From: Octopus sinensis
Lineage: Eukaryota
Assembly (NCBI RefSeq): GCF_006345805.1
Contig: NC_042999.1
Span: 70,742,001 to 70,806,000, forward strand
DNA length: 64,000 nt
Direction: 5' to 3'
The position numbers were made by a program, and so were the translations under genes. The notes beneath the pieces were generated by a model that searched no databases, had not been told where the DNA came from, and saw only the letters and a list, made by a program, of their open reading frames with translations. How positions within the stretch are numbered: position 1 is the stretch's first letter; each line of letters starts with the position of its first letter. Below, one piece after another: positions 61,807-64,000 of the stretch.

Positions 61807-62869
61807 TATATATATAATATATATATATATATTTACATGTACTTAAACACACAAACATGTGTATGTAAACGTGTGTTTGTGTGTATTGATATTATCATTT
61901 TTCCATTCTTGCATAGGTTGAATGAGTCTTTATCTTCAGTTCAGTGTCTCACTATTTGTTATGGTCCTGTCTCATCTGGTTCCTGAGATTTAGCCTTATA
62001 TGTACAGCCCTCCTCGTGTAATGCCAAGAGAGTTCATTAAATCAGATTTCTCTTATCTCTCTCTGTTTTTCTATCTGCTGATTTGTATGCGCTAATATAC
62101 ATCCTCTGTATTCAATGCCCATGTGTAATATTCATGTAATGTTACACAGTGCACACATGTATATTACGCTTTGTTACCTTCCCTTTGAAAACCTCTTTGG
62201 TGTTACCACTAGTTGTAGTAGTTTCTTGATGTTTTTTTACTTATTCTTGTTTTAGTTACTATGCTTTTGGAACACTTTTGTCTCATGTAATTTGTCACAA
62301 TGAGTTGTTCATTGCTGATCTTATTGCAAAACTTATTTCAATCTGGCACTTATTTTGCCTTTTTTTTTTTTTTGTTAAACTGCTTTTTTAAAGGTCATAA
62401 ACGTCAATCTTTTTTTTTTTAAATATTAGTCGAGTGTAAAAACATGCTCACACACAAAATTTATTTATAAAGATCATGGGCTTCTGTATAGTTTCCATTT
62501 ACCTTATTGTTCTCACAAGATTGGTTAAGCTAAAGTAAAAGACACTCAAGGTGTCTCACAAATTGCATTCATAACCATGCGGTTGTAAAATAATCTTAAC
62601 AACTACCTCAACACCCCACACTCTTCTATATGATGTGGCTATGGAAACTACATACATTATGGTTAATAAACATATTTACTCTAACTTTGGAAATATAATC
62701 TCCAGATAAACCACAGAAAGAATGTAGCTTGCCTAATTTCATATTTTTTAATAATCATCATTCATGTTTACCTCATCAGTCACTTGCTGAGATCCAGAAT
62801 AATATATTTTATACAACATCTAACAAACTGTCATAGGTATGTTGTTAATGAGGTTGTTATATATGTTGC

Positions 62870-63420
62870 CTTCTCTGTCACTTGCTCACTCACCTGTCTA
62901 TTCGCCCTTGTCCACTCACTAATCAAACCTTGGTCACACATACTTACTCACTCACTCATGCTCTTTAATTCACTTACTCACTCACTCAATTACTCTTGCT
63001 TGCTCGCTCATTCACTCTTGCTCCCTCATTCACGCACTCTTGCTCACCTATTCACTCACTCACTCTTGCTCACTCATTCACTCTTGCTCACTCATACTCT
63101 CTCTTGCTCACTCATTCACTCTTGCTCACTCACTCACTCACATGCATTCATTCACTCACTCTTGCTTGCTCATTCACTAACTCACTCTTCACTCATTCAC
63201 TCACAGTCTTGTTTGCTCATTCATTTACTCTTGCTCACTCATGCCCTCTTACTCACTCATTCTTGCTTGCTCATTAACTCGCACATTTAGTCTTGCTTGC
63301 TCACTCACTCACTCTTGCTCACTCTTGCTCGCTCACTCACTCTTGCTCGCTCACTCACTCTTTCTTGCTCGCTCACTCACTTAGTCTCACTCAGTCACTC
63401 TTTGTCACTCTTCCTTTCTC
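62870..63420. repeat. Degenerate (CTCA)n / ctcactcttg minisatellite
   Basis: Direct reading; it explains the HS/L-rich pseudo-ORFs at 62784-63508. Confidence 0.9.
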
Positions 63421-64000
63421 TCTTCCCTCTCCCTCTTACTCTCATGCAAATAAACTCTTCTCCACATACCAAGTCCACCCCTCTTTTACTTCAGTTGTAA
63501 ATTTATGAGTATTGGTCCTAAGTACTCTACAGTATTAGTTTTGCCCTTTTCACTTCCAAGGTCTGGAATTAGTTTTGTCTTTTATGCTTTGTCTACTGTC
63601 TTAGCTTGGTCATTTGAGAGTTGATAAAGTAATTCCTAATGCAGAGTTATTGTCATAAGCTAATACTCCAGGTTACTGGAGTTGGAATCAATAAAAATGT
63701 GCTAATTCTGACTGTCGTTTTGAATCATTCAACACACTGGAGAAGCATTTATTTGATATCAAGCATGTGTTTGAATTAAAACCTTTTATGAAGATTTGGT
63801 CAACAAAAATATTTCACTCAGAGCTATTGGGTACAAGTGACACTTTTAGAAAGTCTACCACTAAACAGTTGCAATCTGAGGATTTAACATTCGTAAATTC
63901 TTGTTGGAATTGAAAAGCTTAGCCTAGGATCTGACAAAAGTGGAAGATTGATTGTTGAAGGCATTGTATCTTCAGTGACTAAAAGAGAGGCCCTGTTGCT

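Overview
AT-rich, microsatellite- and transposon-dense animal DNA. The repeat families look cephalopod (Octopus-like); this is an inference from remembered repeat types. The only host gene is a + strand mitochondrial folate/FAD carrier, SLC25A32/MFT. Five internal coding exons are visible (25061-25217, 35471-35559, 36865-37028, 39928-40041, 52185-52330), all GT-AG and with the same intron phases as the human gene. The first and last coding exons were not found in the window. The rest is intron filled with mobile DNA: a TIR-bounded DD34D mariner, a DD41D Tc1/mariner, a second decayed mariner, a deleted Ty3/Gypsy element, many RTE LINE pieces and several SINE families. The most unusual signal is four Penelope-type minimal hammerhead-ribozyme motifs in three different short repeat families. 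Two of them sit in a tRNA-headed, SINE-like element; one copy has a 14-bp TSD and the other carries an inverted tail that ends next to the predicted cleavage site. Other notable structures are a locus-specific ~480-bp inverted duplication bracketing exon 6, a ~950-bp palindrome, and a cryptic acceptor that would join exon 5 in frame to the mariner transposase. Almost all ORFs in the supplied track are spurious or TE fragments. All alignments and folds were done by eye.
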